From Dehalococcoidia bacterium (GTDB lineage Bacteria > Chloroflexota > Dehalococcoidia > SM23-28-2 > RBG-16-64-32): 64,000 bases of DNA. Positions 62,754-64,000 of this stretch are shown in pieces (within the stretch, counting starts at the first letter, position 1; the number at the start of each line of letters is the position of its first letter). The position numbers and the translations under genes are program-made. The notes under the pieces are model-generated. The model worked only from the letters and a program-made list of their open reading frames with translations, had not been told where the DNA came from and did no database searches. The stretch spans positions 736,001-800,000 of the forward strand of contig CAXXTF010000001.1 of the NCBI GenBank assembly GCA_963665775.2. Direction: 5' to 3'.

Positions 62754-63275
62754 GTGGAACAGTCGAGTGAAGAAGCGCGGCTCAGAGTACGGGATGCCGT
62801 GTTGGACGAGTTAGACGAGATTTCAGCGCTCTTGGTGGCAGCATATAGTGAGTACGCCAGTTCCCTTCCCCAGAAAAGGTGGGAAGCATACGCCAGCAAC
62901 ATTGCCGACGTTCGGGGGCGTCTCGGAGAATCTGAGCTCATAGTCGCCGAGCAGAATGGCGAGATTGTCGGCGCCGTAACTCTCTATCCAGATCGCTCGC
63001 AATCGATGGTTGAGGGATGGCCATCCGGATATTCGGGTGTGCGGTTACTGGGAGTTCACCCGGAGGCACGAGGTAAGGGCGTGGCCCGTGAATTGATGTT
63101 CGAATGCATCCGGCGGTCCCGAGAGTGGGGAGTTCGCTACATCGGGTTGCACACGACAGAGCTAATGTCGATTGCGAGAGGCATGTATGAGCGGATGGGA
63201 TTTGAGCGCGTGCCGGAGTTTGATGCGAAGCCGGCCCCGGAGGTGCTGGTGATGGCCTACCGGCTCCACCTGTGA
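62754..63275 (+). CDS. GNAT-family N-acetyltransferase
   Basis: LGVHPEARGKGVA and MYERMGF motifs. Confidence 0.92.
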   Translation: MEQSSEEARLRVRDAVLDELDEISALLVAAYSEYASSLPQKRWEAYASNIADVRGRLGESELIVAEQNGEIVGAVTLYPDRSQSMVEGWPSGYSGVRLLGVHPEARGKGVARELMFECIRRSREWGVRYIGLHTTELMSIARGMYERMGFERVPEFDAKPAPEVLVMAYRLHL

Positions 63276-63497
63276 GTCTCTTTGGGACCCCATCCGCATC
63301 TTGGCTGGATGGCAGGACATGGCGTACACATCGCAGCATGACAGAGCCGGAAGGCGATCGAGAAGCTCTTGAGTGGCATGGTGGCTGGTCAATAGCACGG
63401 GGGAAGATGTGAGCGCTATGACTTAGACCGTATCCGCCACGAACTATCTTGCACGGGTGTTCTACGAAGATAGGTACAGACTGAGAGTAGCGCAACT

Positions 63498-63737
63498 ATG
63501 GCAACGGGCACAATCAAGACTCTGATAAGCGACCGAGGCTTCGGATTCATTGTTCCAAAGGAAGCGGAAGCCGACGCCAAAGATCTCTTCTTCCACCGCT
63601 CCGATGTGCAGGGCGTGACCTACGAAGATCTGCGGGTTGGGCAGGAAGTAGATTACGACCTGGGAAGTGACGAGCGTCGCGGGACGCCCAAAGCCACCAA
63701 CGTGCGGTCCTTTCGAGTACATAGGGAAGATGGCTGA
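63498..63737 (+). CDS. Cold-shock domain protein
   Basis: TGTIK..DRGFGFI (RNP1), DLFFH (RNP2) and KATNV. Confidence 0.92.
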   Translation: MATGTIKTLISDRGFGFIVPKEAEADAKDLFFHRSDVQGVTYEDLRVGQEVDYDLGSDERRGTPKATNVRSFRVHREDG

Positions 63738-63773
63738 AACCTTCAAATTGGTCACCGCCCAGGCGGAAGCGTC

Positions 63774-64000
63774 TGTAGGGGGCCAATTGTCCTCCGTATC
63801 TGAAACAGGTTAAGCAGCCAGCCATTCGTACTCGTGATGTAGTCCTCCCAGCACCGGCCGGGCAACGATCCGCCCGATCCGCGGCGGGCTAGCCCGTGCA
63901 GGTGGCCCGGTAGGAGTCTCAAGATCCAGAGTGCGATGAGGTCGCCCGTTGTTGTAGTGGACCTCGTACTCCCCCAGCACGGCACGAAGATGCCTCTCAT
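63774..64000 (-). mobile_element. Second, diverged copy of the IS at 50492 (truncated by the window)
   Basis: IR TGTAGGGGGCCAATTGTCCTCCGTATCT and a near-identical transposase 3' end (stop at 63810-63812). Confidence 0.88.

Larger units (their letters stand above)
27311..64000. mobile_element. comM-integrated genomic island (right end not seen)
   Basis: A serine recombinase abuts the comM break. After it come only accessory genes, ISs and fragments, and the 3' half of comM was not found in the window. Confidence 0.6.

Overview
High-GC bacterial chromosome segment. Gene content and protein style suggest Chloroflexota, probably Dehalococcoidia-like (inference). The left ~27 kb is mostly core genome: an M6-like metalloprotease, eno, a lipid-linked glycosylation locus, tRNA-Cys/tRNA-Leu, a polyprenyl synthase, tatD, metG, rsmI, a GuaB3-like gene, an SplB-like radical SAM gene with a LexA-type box, prmC, prfA, hisS and relA. 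comM is cut at its MN(P/S)CPC motif (~27310) by an island whose large serine recombinase abuts the break. The 3' half of comM was not found in the window. The most striking unexplained structure lies inside the island. A Xer-like tyrosine recombinase (30482-31420, minus strand) is followed by ~18 kb of plus-strand cargo, punctuated by at least five copies of a dif-like palindromic site, GCACAC(G/T)A(T/A)-N6-(A/T)T(A/G)GTGTG. This is an integron-like layout without attC sites. The cargo modules are CopZ+CcdA, a restriction-like nuclease, a giant dockerin surface protein with an LPxTG cohesin anchor, a Cys-substituted beta-lactamase-fold protein, patatin plus a DNase-I-like enzyme, and a Mo-oxidoreductase. 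Further right are two copies of an IS, a signalling operon whose kinase has swapped its cNMP sensor for a binding-protein/Cache module, and a 4-kb transposon with a 9-bp TSD. The transposon carries a putative restriction-modification pair and has cut off the start codon of the receiver-thioredoxin-reductase gene.
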